From assembly GCF_902713615.1 (NCBI RefSeq), contig NC_052162.1, forward strand, positions 110,015,811 through 110,079,810: a DNA stretch of 64,000 bases, given 5' to 3'. This DNA comes from Scyliorhinus canicula. Taxonomy: Eukaryota. A program made the position numbers and the translations under genes. Numbering within the stretch: the first letter of the stretch is position 1; every line of letters begins with the position of its first letter. Of this stretch, positions 51,901 to 63,980 are shown piece after piece. The notes under the pieces were generated by a model. It was not told the origin of the DNA. It was given only the letters and a program-made list of their open reading frames with translations, and did no database searches.

Positions 51901-53775
51901 CAAAGAACAAAAAATAACTACAGCACTGGAACAGGCCCTTCGGTCCTCCAACCCTGCGCTGATCCAGATCCTCTATCTAAAACTGTCGCATGTTTTCTCA
52001 GGATCTGTATCCCTCTGCTCCCTGCCCATTCATGTATCTGTCTAGATACATCTTAAATGACGCAATCGTGCCGCCTCTACTACCTCCGCCGGCAATGCGT
52101 TCCAGGCACCCACCACCCTCGGCGTAAAGAACTTTCCACACGTATCTCCCTTAAACTTTTCCCCCCTCACCTTGAACTTGTGACCCCTAGTAATTGAGCC
52201 CCACACACTGGGAAAAAGCTTCTTGCTATCCACCCTGTCTGTGCCTCTCATGAGGTACTCATGGGGCTGGTTTAGCTCACTGGGCTAAATCGCTGGCTTT
52301 TAAAGCAGACCAAGCACGATAGCAGCACGGTTATTCCCGTACCAGGCTCCCCGGACAGGCGCCGGAATGTGCGACTAGGAGCTTTTCACAGTAACTTCAT
52401 TGAAGCCTACTCGTGACAATAAGCTATTTTCATTTCATTTTCATTTTCATTGTAGACCTCAATGAGGTCCCCATTCAACACCCGTCTTTTTAATGAAAAT
52501 AACCCTAATCTACTCACACTCTTTTCATATCTAGTGCCCTCCATACTAGCCAATATCCTGGAGAGCCTCCTCTACACCTTCACCAAAGCATCCACATACT
52601 TTTGGTAATGTGCCGCCCACAACTGTACGCTGTATTCCAAATGTGGCCGAACCAAAGTCTGATACAACTGTAACATGACCTGCCAACTCTTGTTCTCAAT
52701 ACCCCTTCCGATGAAGGAACGCTTGATGCCGTGTACCTTCTTGACCACTCTACCAACCTGCACATCCACCTTCAGGGTACAACGACCTGAACACCCAGAT
52801 CTCTCTGTACATCAATTTTCCCCTGAGCTTTTTCATTTACCGTATTGTTCGCTCTTGAATTGGATCTTCCAAAACGCATCACCTCGCATTTGCCCGGATT
52901 GAATTCCATGTGCCATTTCTCCGCCCAACTCTCGAATCTATCTATATTCTGCTGTACTCTCTGACAGTCCCCTTCACTATCTGCTATTCCACAAATCTTA
53001 GTGTAATCTACAAACTTGCTAATCAGACCACCTATACCTTCCTCAAGATCATTTATGTATATCACAAACAACAGTAGTCCCAGCACGATTAACACCACTG
53101 GTTACAGTTCTCCATCATGAGAAACGCCCTTCCATTACTACTGTCTGTCCCCTGTTGCCCAGCGAGTTCTTTATCCATCTAGCTAGTACACCCTGGACCC
53201 CATGACACTTCACTTTCTCCATCAGTCTACCATGAGGAAACTTATCAAATGCCTTACTGAAGTCCATGCATATGACATCTGCAGCCCTTCCCTCATCAAT
53301 CTACTTTGACACTTCCTCAAATAATTCTATTAAGTTGGTGAGACATGACCTTCCCTGCACACAACGATGTTGCCTATCACTGATAAGCCCATTTTATTCC
53401 AAATGGTAATAGATCCTATCGCTCGGTATCTTCTCCAGCAGCTTCCCTACCACTGACGTCAGGCTCACCGGTCTATAAGTATGTGGATTAGCCCTGCTAC
53501 CTTTCTTAAACAAGGAGACAACATTCGCAATTCTCCAGTCCTCCTGTAGCTCACCCGTGTTCAAGGATGCTGCAAAGATATCTGTTAAGGCCCCAGCTGT
53601 TTCCTCTTTCACTTCCCTCAGAAACCTGGGATATGTCCCATCCGGACCTGGGGACTTGATCACCTAAATGCCTTTTAGAATACCCAACACATCCTCCCTC
53701 CTTCTGCCGACTTGACCTAGAGTAATTAAACAGGTATCCCTAACCTCAACATCCGTCATGTCCTCTCCGCGGTGA
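51901..53775 (-). mobile_element. CR1 LINE, 5'-truncated
   Basis: 'KSPGPDGTYPR..YRPVSLTSVVGK', 'LVRPHLEYSVQ', CR1 tail. Confidence 0.92.
52263..52450 (+). mobile_element. Short tRNA-derived SINE inserted in CR1
   Basis: 'ggggctggtttagctcactgggctaaatcgctggc' head and (TTTCA)n tail. Confidence 0.9.
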
Positions 53776-54619
53776 CGTTTGTAAAATCCTTATGATTAAG
53801 TTCAAGCAGCACTCCTGGAGACCACAGTAAAACATTTCAACTCCAAATTCGTCACTCATAATTCAAGCCCTTTGACACCATCAGCTCCATCTGAATATAT
53901 TCACTGAATGCGGCACAGCACACTAAAGAAACAAGGACCACAAAACAAATTAGGAAATCACCTGAAGCTTCTGGGACAGTAACGGTTCTGTGATGTGGGT
54001 CGTGGCTATTCATCTTGTCACTTGCTATGCAATTTTATATTGTAGATTCAGATGCTGCACTCACAGCAAGAGCTCCTCCACACGGGCATGAAATCCCATC
54101 CGGCTTTTGGTGGTGAACACCAGGAAAACCCATGTTTCTGCTGCAGCGATGGCAGTCCGGGGCTGTGGCCCGATGTCCTGGGTAGAAACAAGGCGCTGCT
54201 TCTCGGATCACAATCTGGAAACGCTTCTGAAGGAGGAAAAATTACACCAAGGCGTTCTTGAAAGATTATAACTCACTTCGCCCACGACAGAAGGGATTCC
54301 ATGAAGAGAATGGATATCATCAGCTCCACTGGTGACCATCAGAGGACTTGAGAACAATATTCAACGGGCGTCAGTGGCCTTCTTCGCCACTGAGAATGAG
54401 ATGTCTGGTAATCATGCAAAATTGTATCGGCGGATGATGCATTTCAGGCCTCATGTGTGCACAGCGCACATGATGCAAAGCAACAGTATAGGAACTTGTC
54501 TCCATGACCAAGGTGAAACAAACAATATCAGTAATAAAGATCTGCAAGCAGAATGATTAAATATAAACCGCTTAACGTAAACAAAATAGTGGGAGGCTGT
54601 GGGGTTCAGTTGAACGGAG

Positions 54620-56360
54620 ATTTAGAAAATCAAATTTAAAAGAGAAGGTAGAAGTGTTAGCGAATGACGAGGCCTTTAAACTAGTTAAAGGCGGCGAGAG
54701 CTTAGAAACGGTTAGTAGATTTTACAGACTATGTAATAGAATAGATATTATGGAAGGTGGCAGGAATCTAACATTTGGCAGAGCAAAAGACATGACAAGT
54801 ATGAGAAGGCAGGTGGCCAATGCAAGACTGAGGGTGTTGAATCAAAATGCGTGCAGCACACAGAACAAGGTAAATGAGCTTATTGACTACATTAAAATTG
54901 TCATGTTCGATGTTGTGGACATAAGAGTGACGCGGCTGCAAGGGAATCAGTGCTGAGATCGGAATATCCAAGGATATCTGTCCTATCGAAAGGATAGACA
55001 TATGGGAAAAGGGGGCGGAGTTGCATTGTTAATAAGGAATAAAGTTACATCGATAGAAAGGTGCTACATAGGGCCAGAAGGCATTGCATCTGTGCGAGTA
55101 GAGTTGAGGAAATGCAAAGTTAAAAAGATCCTGATGGGAGGTATGTACAGGCCCCCCAGCAGTAGTCAGGATGTGGTGCAGAAAATGAATCAGGAGATAG
55201 CAAAAGCGTATTAAAAAGGCAATATAGCAATAGTCATGGGGGACTTCAATATGCAGGTGGACTTGGAAACATAGGTTGGCAGTGGATCCCAAAAAATGAA
55301 ATTTGTGGAATGTCTAATATGCCTTTTTTATGGAGAATCCTATTCACAGCCGACTAGGTAACAGACAATTCTGGATTTGGTGATGACTAATAAGGCAGAC
55401 TTGATTAGGGAATTTAAGGTGAAAGAACCCGATACAACATGATATAATTTACCCTGCAGTTTGAGAGGAAAGAGCTAGAATCAGATGTGACGGTATTTCA
55501 ATTGACTAAAGGTAATTATAAAGACATGCGAGAGAAGCTGGCGAGAGCTGATTGGAAGAGGAGCCGAGCAGGGAATACAGTGGAACAGCAATGGCAGGAG
55601 TGGTTGGCCGTTATTCGGAAGGCACAACAGAAATGCATCCAAAGGAGGAGGAAACATGCTAAGTTGGAAGGGTGGGATGCGGCATCCATGGCTGACGAGA
55701 GAAGTCGAGGGCAGCATAAAAGCAAAGGAAAGCACAACAATTGGCGAGGATTATTGAGAAGACAGAGGTTTGGGAAGCCTTTAAAAGATAGCAGACGACA
55801 ACTAAAAAGCAATAAGGGGGATAAGATGAAAGGTGAGTATAAGCTAGCTAGTAACATAAAAGAGATAGGAAGAGTTTCTTTCAGAATATAAATGTAAGAG
55901 AGAGTTCAGTATGGGCATTGCTGCATTGAAAAACTAGACTGGAGATGTAATAATAGTAAACAGAGAAATGGCAGAGGAACTGAAAGGTTACTCTGCATTA
56001 GTCTTCTCGGTGGAAGATACCTGAGCACCAGAAGAATCACGGGACAGAGAGGAGTGTAGCGGCCATCATTAATACTAAGGTTTTGGGGGAACTGAAAGGT
56101 CTGAAGGTGGATAAATCAACTGGACCAGATGGATTACACCTCAGGATTCTTAAGTTGTGGAGGCATTGGTGGTGATGCTTCATGAATCACTGGCGGAAAC
56201 AAGGGTCCCAGAGTACTGGAATGCAACACCACTGTTCAAGAAGGGAGGAAGGCAGAAGATGGGGTATTCTAGGGTGGTTAGCCTGACGTCGGTTATTGGT
56301 GAGATTTTAGAGTTCATTATTAATGATGAGATTGTGGATACTTGGAAGTGCATGATTACC
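54620..56360 (+). mobile_element. Old CR1 LINE (endonuclease to early RT)
   Basis: 'LRVLNQNACS..NKVNEL', 'GKGGGVALLI..YRPP', 'VPEYWNATPLFKKG..VSLTSVIG'. Confidence 0.85.
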
Positions 56361-56844
56361 ACGTGGTAGTTTGCAGCATGAAGGAAGAAATAACATGAGC
56401 GAAAACCGGTGATGTTAATTTACATATCGGCTGTAAAAGCCAAATGAGCAAAGATAGACGAGATAAGAAGTTCTTAGAATATTTTCAGTGTAGCTCAGAC
56501 AAACATTCTGGAGGCACGGCAGAGCACGCAACATGCGACTATGGGTTGTGATTGAATTTTCCCACAGGCAGCGCACACTCGCGCACGTGTTTCCAAAGCT
56601 TCAGAGAATCGGCAGCAGTCCGATTAGATTAAAAGTTGGCTGCACAAACGCCATTATTCACAACGGGATGAAGACAGAAAATGGAAACGACACTGCAATT
56701 AGCTTAACATCACAAATAGTAGAATGGTTAGAAGCTATTATTAAATAAGTTATTGCAGGGTGCTTGGATAAGTGAACGTTAACCAGGTAGAGTAAATTAT
56801 TTCCTGAAAGACATATGCTGCCAACTTCTTTAAAGAATAATATA

Positions 56845-57965
56845 CGGGGTGTGGGTGTTGCTGGCTAGGCCGCCTGTTATTTCCCAGAACTTTTTACCAA
56901 TGTGAGCACATTGGTGAGCAGTCATCTTGAATCGCTGCAGTATCTGAGCTGTAGGTACAGCCGTAGTTTTTCGAGGGATCGAATTCCATGATTTTCATCC
57001 GGCCACAGCGAAGAAACGGAGTTGTATTTTGAAAGCAGGATTATGGATTATTTGGAGCACAACCTCCAGGTGTCGGTGTTACCATTTATCCGCTGACTTA
57101 AACGGTAGCAATCCCGGGTTTGTATATCTTGTAAATGGGACACGATGAAGCCACAGTCCGTCAGTGGTGGGGAAAGTAAATATTTGAGGATGCAGTCGCA
57201 AGCAGGTCGGCCGCATTGTATTGGATGGTGCCAACATTTTTCAGTTTTGTGGGAGATCTGCTCCCCCAGGGAAGTAGAGCAGATTCCATCACATTTCTAA
57301 CTTGTGCCTTATATATGTTGAACAGACTTTGATCATGCAGGAGTTACGTTATTCGCTGAAGTATCAGCAGTCTCTGATCTGTTACTGTGGCTCCAACATT
57401 TATATGGCAGGTTCACTTCAGTTTTAGTTCAACCGTACCGCTAGGACGTTGATAGTAGAGCTTTCAGAAATGGCAATGCTTTTGAATGTGACGGCGTGTA
57501 GGGTAGATTTGTTTTCTGTTGCTGCAATTTGTTTTGTTTAGAATCTTTATTCCCACAAGTAGGCTGACATTAACGCTACAATGAAGTTAATGTGAAAATC
57601 CCCCAGTAGCCACATTCTGGCACCTTTTCGGGTACACGGAGGGAGATTTCAGAATGTCCAAAGTCCTCAACAGCACGTATTTCGGGACTTGCGGGAGGAA
57701 ATCGGAGGACCCGGAGGAAACCCACGCAGACACAAGGTGAAGGTGAAGACTCCGAGCAGACAGTGGCCCAAACCAGGAATTGAACCTGGTATCTTGGCGC
57801 TGTGAAGAATCAGTGCTAACCGCTATGTATTGCCAGGAATTTGCGTGGTGAGAATGTTACTTGCTAATTCTCGTCTCAAGTTCGTACATTGTCCAGGGCA
57901 TTCTGCTGCTTATGGACATGGACTGCTTCACTGTCTCAGGAGTCACAAACGGTCTTGATTGCTGT
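56845..57965 (-). mobile_element. Zenon-like LINE 3' fragment, split by a SINE
   Basis: Same 3'-end sequence type as 13730-14600 ('gtgggtgttgctggctaggcc...'). Confidence 0.65.
57535..57830 (-). mobile_element. HE1-like SINE with 'cacattaacttcattgtagcgttaatg' tail
   Basis: HE1 core plus a tail shared with the short SINE family. Confidence 0.85.
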
Positions 57966-58389
57966 GCAGGCTTGAGGTTACTATCTGATCAGCTATGATT
58001 TTATTAAATGGTGAAGCAAGCTTGAGGGGATGAATGGCCTACTCCTAATCTTTGTTAATATGTGTTTATGTCTGTTCCTTTGAATGGTGTTCATAGATCA
58101 GCTACAAAATCAAAGAATGGCACTAATTTATGTTGATATACCTGTGTGCCTCCTTTCTGGGAGCCATAATCGCAACGTGAGTACAGTCAACCTCACCCGG
58201 TGTCGGTTGAGAACCAGTGTTGCAGCCAAAACCCGCCACGTTCTGTGTCTGAGATAATGTATCAGTGTCCGAAGAGGTGATTAATTCATCCTGCTGAGAC
58301 AGGCATCGGGGACAAGGTCCACGTAACTCTATGCAGCTACCAGGGAGATTTTACCAGACTGTTGCTGACCCTTGCAAGGAACTGTTTGT

Positions 58390-61300
58390 CCTAATAGTAA
58401 GTGACGGATTGTACTCCACTCTCATTGGCACGGCATTTCTCAGGTGAGACGATGACTGTAGGTCTTGCCGTAGAAAGACACGGAGCTCAGAGACGGTCTC
58501 TCTGAAGAATCATAGACTTCTCCTGCACGATGTTGAAATTATGTACATATAAATGAGTCTGTTTCCGCACATGTTTTAAGATGGCTACTGCTTGGATCTT
58601 TAAACTTATGCAACCGTCAACCATGCAAATGTTGATCTCTCCGCAACAGTTGCTGAAAATTCTATGCCTTAGACTTGACAATGGTGTTTCACAGATAAAT
58701 GGAAAGAGAATGATGAAGTGTACCTGACTGTTGAATTCGTGAATGTTCTGTTTCTGGCAGCTTTGTGACTGGCGGTGGCCAGAATCTTGGGTCTCCATGC
58801 CCCCTCGCAAAGATGGAGTTCTCTTGTCGCAAGTGCTGACTTTTGAAAGAGTAGGAAGTGATGGCTGGATATTAGAATGTTTCAGTATGCATTTTCATAA
58901 CTCCTCTAGACCTGCTCGACGTATTCCGGACTGGATGAAGGAATCGGGATCTCAGGATCCTTCTGAATCATGTACGAGCAAAAGTAAATATTGTGGATCG
59001 GAACATTGGTCGTCCGTTTATGTTATTATGGCGACGCTTTCTTGAGTGGATATCCGTGTGGGATTCATAGAACATAGAACGTAGAACGATACAGCGCAGT
59101 ACAGGCCCTTCGGCCCTCGATGTTGCACCGACATGGAAAAAATCGAAAGGCCATCTAACCTACACTATGCCCTTATCATCCATATGCTTATCCAATAAAT
59201 TTTTAAATGCCCTCAATGTTCGCGAGTTCACTACTGTTGCAGGTAGGGCATTCCACGGCCTCACCACTCTTTGCGTAAAAAACCCACCTCTGACGTCTGT
59301 CCTATATCTATTACCCCTCAATTTAAGGCTATGTCCCCTCGTGCTAGCCACCTCCATCCGCGGGAGAAGGCTCTCACTGTCCACCCTATCTAACCCTCTG
59401 ATCATTTTGTATGCCTCTATTAAGTCACCTCTTAACCTTCTTCTCTCTAACGAAAATAACCTCAAGTCCATCAGCCTTTCCTCATAAGATTTTCCCTCCA
59501 TACCAGGCAACATCCTGCTAAATCTCCTCTGCACCCGTTCCAAAGCTTCCACGTCCTTCCTATAATGAGGCGACCAGAACTGTACGCAATACTCCAAATG
59601 CGGCCGTACTAGAGTTTTGTACAACTGCGACATGACCTCATGGCTCCGGAACTCAATCCCTCTACCAATAAAGGCCAACACACCATAGGCCTTCTTCATA
59701 ACCCTATCAACCTGGGTGGCAACTTTCAGGGATCTATGTACATGGACACCGAGATCCCTCTGCTCATCCACACTACCAAGAATTTTACCATTAGCCAAAT
59801 ATTCCGCATTCCTGTTATTCTTTCAAAAGTGAATCACCTCACACTTCTCCACATTAAACTCCATTTGCCACCTCTCAGCCCAGCTCTGCAGCTTATCTAT
59901 GTCCCTCTGTAACCTGCAACATCCATCCGCACTGTCTACAACTCCACCGACTTTAGTGTCGTCTGCAAATTTACTCACCCATCTATCTGCGCCTTCCTCT
60001 AGGTCATTTATAAAAATGACAAACAGCAACGGCCCCAGAACAGATCCTTGTGGTACGCCACTCGTAACTGAACTCCATTCTGAACATTTCCCATCAACTA
60101 CCACTCTCTGGCTTCTTTCACCTAGCCAATTTCTGATCCACATCTCTAAATCACCCTCAATCCCCAGCCTCCGTATTTTCTGCAATAGCCGACCGTGGGG
60201 AACCTTATCAAACGCTTTACTGAAATCCATATACACCACATCAACTGCTCTACCCTCGTCTACCTGTTCAGTCACCTTCTCAAAGAACTCGATAAGGTTT
60301 GTGAGGCATGACCTACCCTTCACAAAACCATGCTGACTGTCCCTAATCATATTATTCCTATCTAGATGATTATAAATCGTATCTTTTATAATCCTCTCCA
60401 AGACTTTACCCACCACAGACGTTAGGCTCACCGGCCTATATTTACCGGGGTTATCTCTACTCCCCTTCTTGAACAAAGGGACCACATTTGCTATCCTCCA
60501 GTCCTCTGGCACTATTCCTGTAGCCAATGATGACCTAAAAATCAAAGCCAAAGGCTCAGCAATCTCGTCCCTGGCTTCCCAGAGAATCCTAGGATAAATC
60601 CCATCCGGCCCCGGGGACTTATCTATTTTCACCTTGTCCAGAACTGCCAACACTTCTTCCCTACGCACCTCAATGCCATCTATTCTAATAGCCTCGGTCT
60701 CAGCATTCTCCTCCACAATATTATCTTTTTCTTGAGTGAATACTGACGAAAAGTATTCATTTAGTATCTCGCTTATCTCCTCAGCCTCCACACACAACTT
60801 CCCACCACTGTCCTTGACTGGCCCTATTCTTACCCTAGTCATTCTTTTATTCCTGACATACCTATAGAAAGCTTTTGGGTTTTCCTTGATCCTACCTGCC
60901 AAAGACTTCTCATGTCCCCTCCTTGCTCGTCTTAGTTCTCTCTTTAGATCCTTCCTCGCTTCCTTGTAACTATCAAGCGCCCCAACTGAAACTTCACGCC
61001 TCATCTTCACATAGGCCTCCTTCTTCCTCTTAACAAGAGATTCCACTTCTTTGGTAAACCACGGTTCCCTCGCTCGACCCCTTCCTCCCTGCCTGACTGG
61101 TACGTACTTATCAAGAACTTGCAATAGCTGTTCCTTGAACAAGCTCCACATATCCAGTGTGCCCAACCCTTGCAGCCTACTTCTCCAACCTACACATCCT
61201 AAGTCATATCTAATGGCATCATAATTGCCCTTCCCCCAGCTATAACTCTTGCCCTGCGGGGTATACTTATCCCTTTTCATCACTAACGTAAAGGTCACCG

Positions 61301-61600
61301 AATTGTGGTCACTGTTTCCAAAGTGCTCACCTACCTCCAGATCTAACACCTGGCCTGGTTCATTACCCAAAACCAAATCCAATGTGGCCTCGCCTCTTGT
61401 TGGCGAAGAAGGTAACTCTCCTGATCCTCTTCCCGGCCATGGAAAAAATGTGTGGGCCCATTTTTCGACCAGATATTCGGATCTGCAAATAAAAAAGGGT
61501 GTTCTGGAGACTCTGGACGCTATTACTATCGTGAGGAAAATAATACCTGACGTTGGGACACATTAGACTTGTGAAGGTGACAGGGCAAGACGGGAAAGCT
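58390..61600 (+). mobile_element. Possible very ancient Gypsy RT relic (58390-59060 and 61403-61600) split by a young CR1
   Basis: Colinear, highly degenerate motifs read across frames: 'YSTLI..DDDCRSC', 'KFYALDLTMVFH', 'DEVYLTV', 'ESC..KSKYCG', then 'GNSPDP', 'YY..RKIIPD'. Order resembles Gypsy RT, but no YxDD was recognised. Confidence 0.35.
59066..61402 (-). mobile_element. Young CR1 (HER1-like) LINE, 5'-truncated, same subfamily as 33355-36367
   Basis: ORFs 59823..61382 and 59160..59798 are in frame, split by one GGA>TGA change; protein nearly identical to the 857-aa ORF. Confidence 0.97.
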
Positions 61601-62076
61601 GATGCAAACATAAATGGTGCCCTTGACTTTACAGGAAGTCATAAAGGACCAGAATTCATTGAACATTTCAATTTCTTTCTATGAAATTATATAACATCAA
61701 AGGGATAGTGTCCAATTCGAATTACCAAACCAGGGCAAATTTACAATAACTGACTGAAGATATGAAGATCATTAAGTGTAATGGTCCGCGAAATCGTGAA
61801 GTTCAGTTACATGGAGAGATCGAAATGTTTCTAACGTTCTCTTTATACATAAAGAGGAAGAGCAGATTCAATCTCCAAGATCAAATTCATGAAATGCTTT
61901 CAGGGAGTAATTATGATGAAACTGGTTCAGGTGTCAGGGTTAAATATCAGGAATACGACGATACATATTGAAGGCCTTTGACTAAGATCGAGATGTCATA
62001 TAAGGAGAATAATCTTTGTTACGACTTAGAAATCACATTGTGAAGAAATGTTGGAAGCAGTTAAATAGTATGCTTC

Positions 62077-62309
62077 GGGGCAGCACAGTGGCCTAGTGGT
62101 TAGCACAACCGCCTCACGGCGCTGAGGTCCCAGGTTCAATCCCGGCTCTGGGTCACTGTCCGTGTGGAGTTTGCACATTCTCCCCGTGTCTGCGTGGGTT
62201 TCACCCCCACAACCCAAAAATGTGCAGAGTAGGTGGATTGGACACGCTAAATTGCCCCTTAATTGGAAAAAATAATTGGGTAATCTAAAAATAAAAAAAA
62301 AATTAAAAA
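62077..62309 (+). mobile_element. Young A-tailed HE1-like SINE with 14-bp TSD
   Basis: A/B boxes, poly(A)-rich tail, TSD AAATAGTATGCTTC at 62063-62076 and 62310-62323. Confidence 0.93.
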
Positions 62310-63127
62310 AAATAGTATGCTTCAAAATGCATCCAACAAATACTTGACATTAAAAAGTGTACGTGTCTAGAAATGAGGTGGGAAAATGGATTTATTGGTT
62401 CGAGTTAGAACGATTTGATGAAGAGGTAACAATAACACAATGGTTCGTGTTTTAACTCTACTGTGCGGTGTGCAGATTAGTCTGAAAAACATGCTTCGGC
62501 ATGCGTCATGTGGCAGAAACGAAACTGGATTATGAATAAATCATTGGGCATTATTAATGTCATATCAATTAAAAGTTGGCAAATGGTACACAACGAGACA
62601 TAGAGGGATAGAGAGAGGGAGAGTATTAGACCCAGAGTGATAGTCAGGAAGGAACATCAAGACAAATATTTTTTTAGGTGAATGTGATACCACTTCTGTT
62701 CATGGAGTGCACATACCTCCACGCTATCTCATTATTTCACGAATAGTATCAGTTACCCAGCATCACTGATGCTCAGCAAGTGGTCCACCTTAGTATTAGG
62801 TGACTGATGTTTGAATCTGCATACAGCTCTGAGAGACAACCAGCGCCTCTGAAAGGAAAGCTGCATTATATCACTGTAGGCAACTACTGCTGATTTCGAA
62901 ATTGGAGACATGGTAAACCTTATATTGCTGAGGAGAGAGGATTCTCATTTCACAGATGTCGTACTTGAGACAACAGACGTGGAAGTTCTCAAACGACGAG
63001 AGGGAATGTTCATGTGGGGGAAGGGTGTTCTAGATTTGTAAGGAGTGCACTACAAATGGAATGGGAGCAGTTCACCGAGGGGTGAACCATGGATGTCTGA
63101 CCCCCAAGGAACTGTCAGTAGAACCAG

Positions 63128-63340
63128 AAGAACATAAGAAATAGGAGCAGGAGTAGGCCATCGGGCCCTTCGAGCCTGCTCCGCCATTCAATGAGATCAT
63201 GGCTAATGTTTTGTGGACTCAGCTCCACTTTCCCGCTCGAACACCATAACACGTTTTCCTTTATATTTCAAAAGACTATCCAGCTTTATCTTGAAAACAT
63301 GTAATGAAGGAGCCTCAAATGCTTCACTGGGCAGGGAACA
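63128..63340 (-). mobile_element. CR1 3' terminal fragment
   Basis: 'aagaacataagaaataggagcaggagtaggccat..cttcgagcctgctccgccattcaatgagatcatggct'. Confidence 0.8.
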
Positions 63341-63397
63341 AGGAGAAACTGCTCTCCCACAAATGGGAAATGCGTAATGTCTGACCTTACAGTAATA

Positions 63398-63830
63398 CTA
63401 ATCGCTTATTGTCACCATTAGGCTTCAATGAAGCTTCTGTGAAAAGCCCCTACAGTCTCAGGTATATGTAATTAAATGATGCCACTCGCCAAATAATTTG
63501 GTGTCTTTCACCAAAGCAAAAAGGAATGATAATCGTTTTGAAATTGTGATGAAATACCTCTCTACAAACACTGGGAATTAGCGGGACAAATTAATGCAGT
63601 CTAAAGGTGTGTAGGTTACGGGAATCGGTAATTCAAAGTTGCATTAATGTCTAAAGATGCAGGGGGCGCAGTTGTTAGCCCTGCTGCCTACGGCGCTGGG
63701 AACCTGGGTCCACTTGTCGCCACATTCCGGCGCCTGTTCGGGGTGGCTAGAACGGGAATTGAACCGTGCTGTTGGCCTGCCTGGATCTGCTTTAAAAGCC
63801 AGCGAGTTAGCCCTGTGCTAAACCAACCCC
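63398..63830 (-). mobile_element. Short tRNA-derived SINE split by a ~260-bp insert (63454-63712)
   Basis: Tail at 63398-63453 and head/body at 63713-63830 join at 'aagcccct|.gtcgccacattccgg'. Confidence 0.75.
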
Positions 63831-63834
63831 ATCT

Positions 63835-63980
63835 TGTTTGTGATGCAGATCAAGGCCACTAGCGCGGTGCAATCTCCGTGCCAGCTGAGAATTCTGAATT
63901 CTCCCTCCATGAACCCGAACAGGCGCCGGAATGTGGCGACAAGGGGCTTTTCAGAGTAACGTCATTACAGTGTTAATCAT
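63835..63980 (+). mobile_element. Related short SINE, head-to-head with the previous copy
   Basis: 'ccgaacaggcgccggaatgtggcgac..ggggcttttca..gtaac.tcatt.cagtgttaat'. Confidence 0.7.

Noticed and set aside
54118-54200. 'MGFP+G|GT' on the minus strand as exon 1 of GPCR paralog 2
   Set aside because: Upstream codons are not hydrophobic or YY-containing and the donor (GTGTTC) is poor.
53990-54550. Possible RTE-clade LINE remnant
   Set aside because: Only a faint 'LENNIQRASVAF' resemblance; insufficient evidence.
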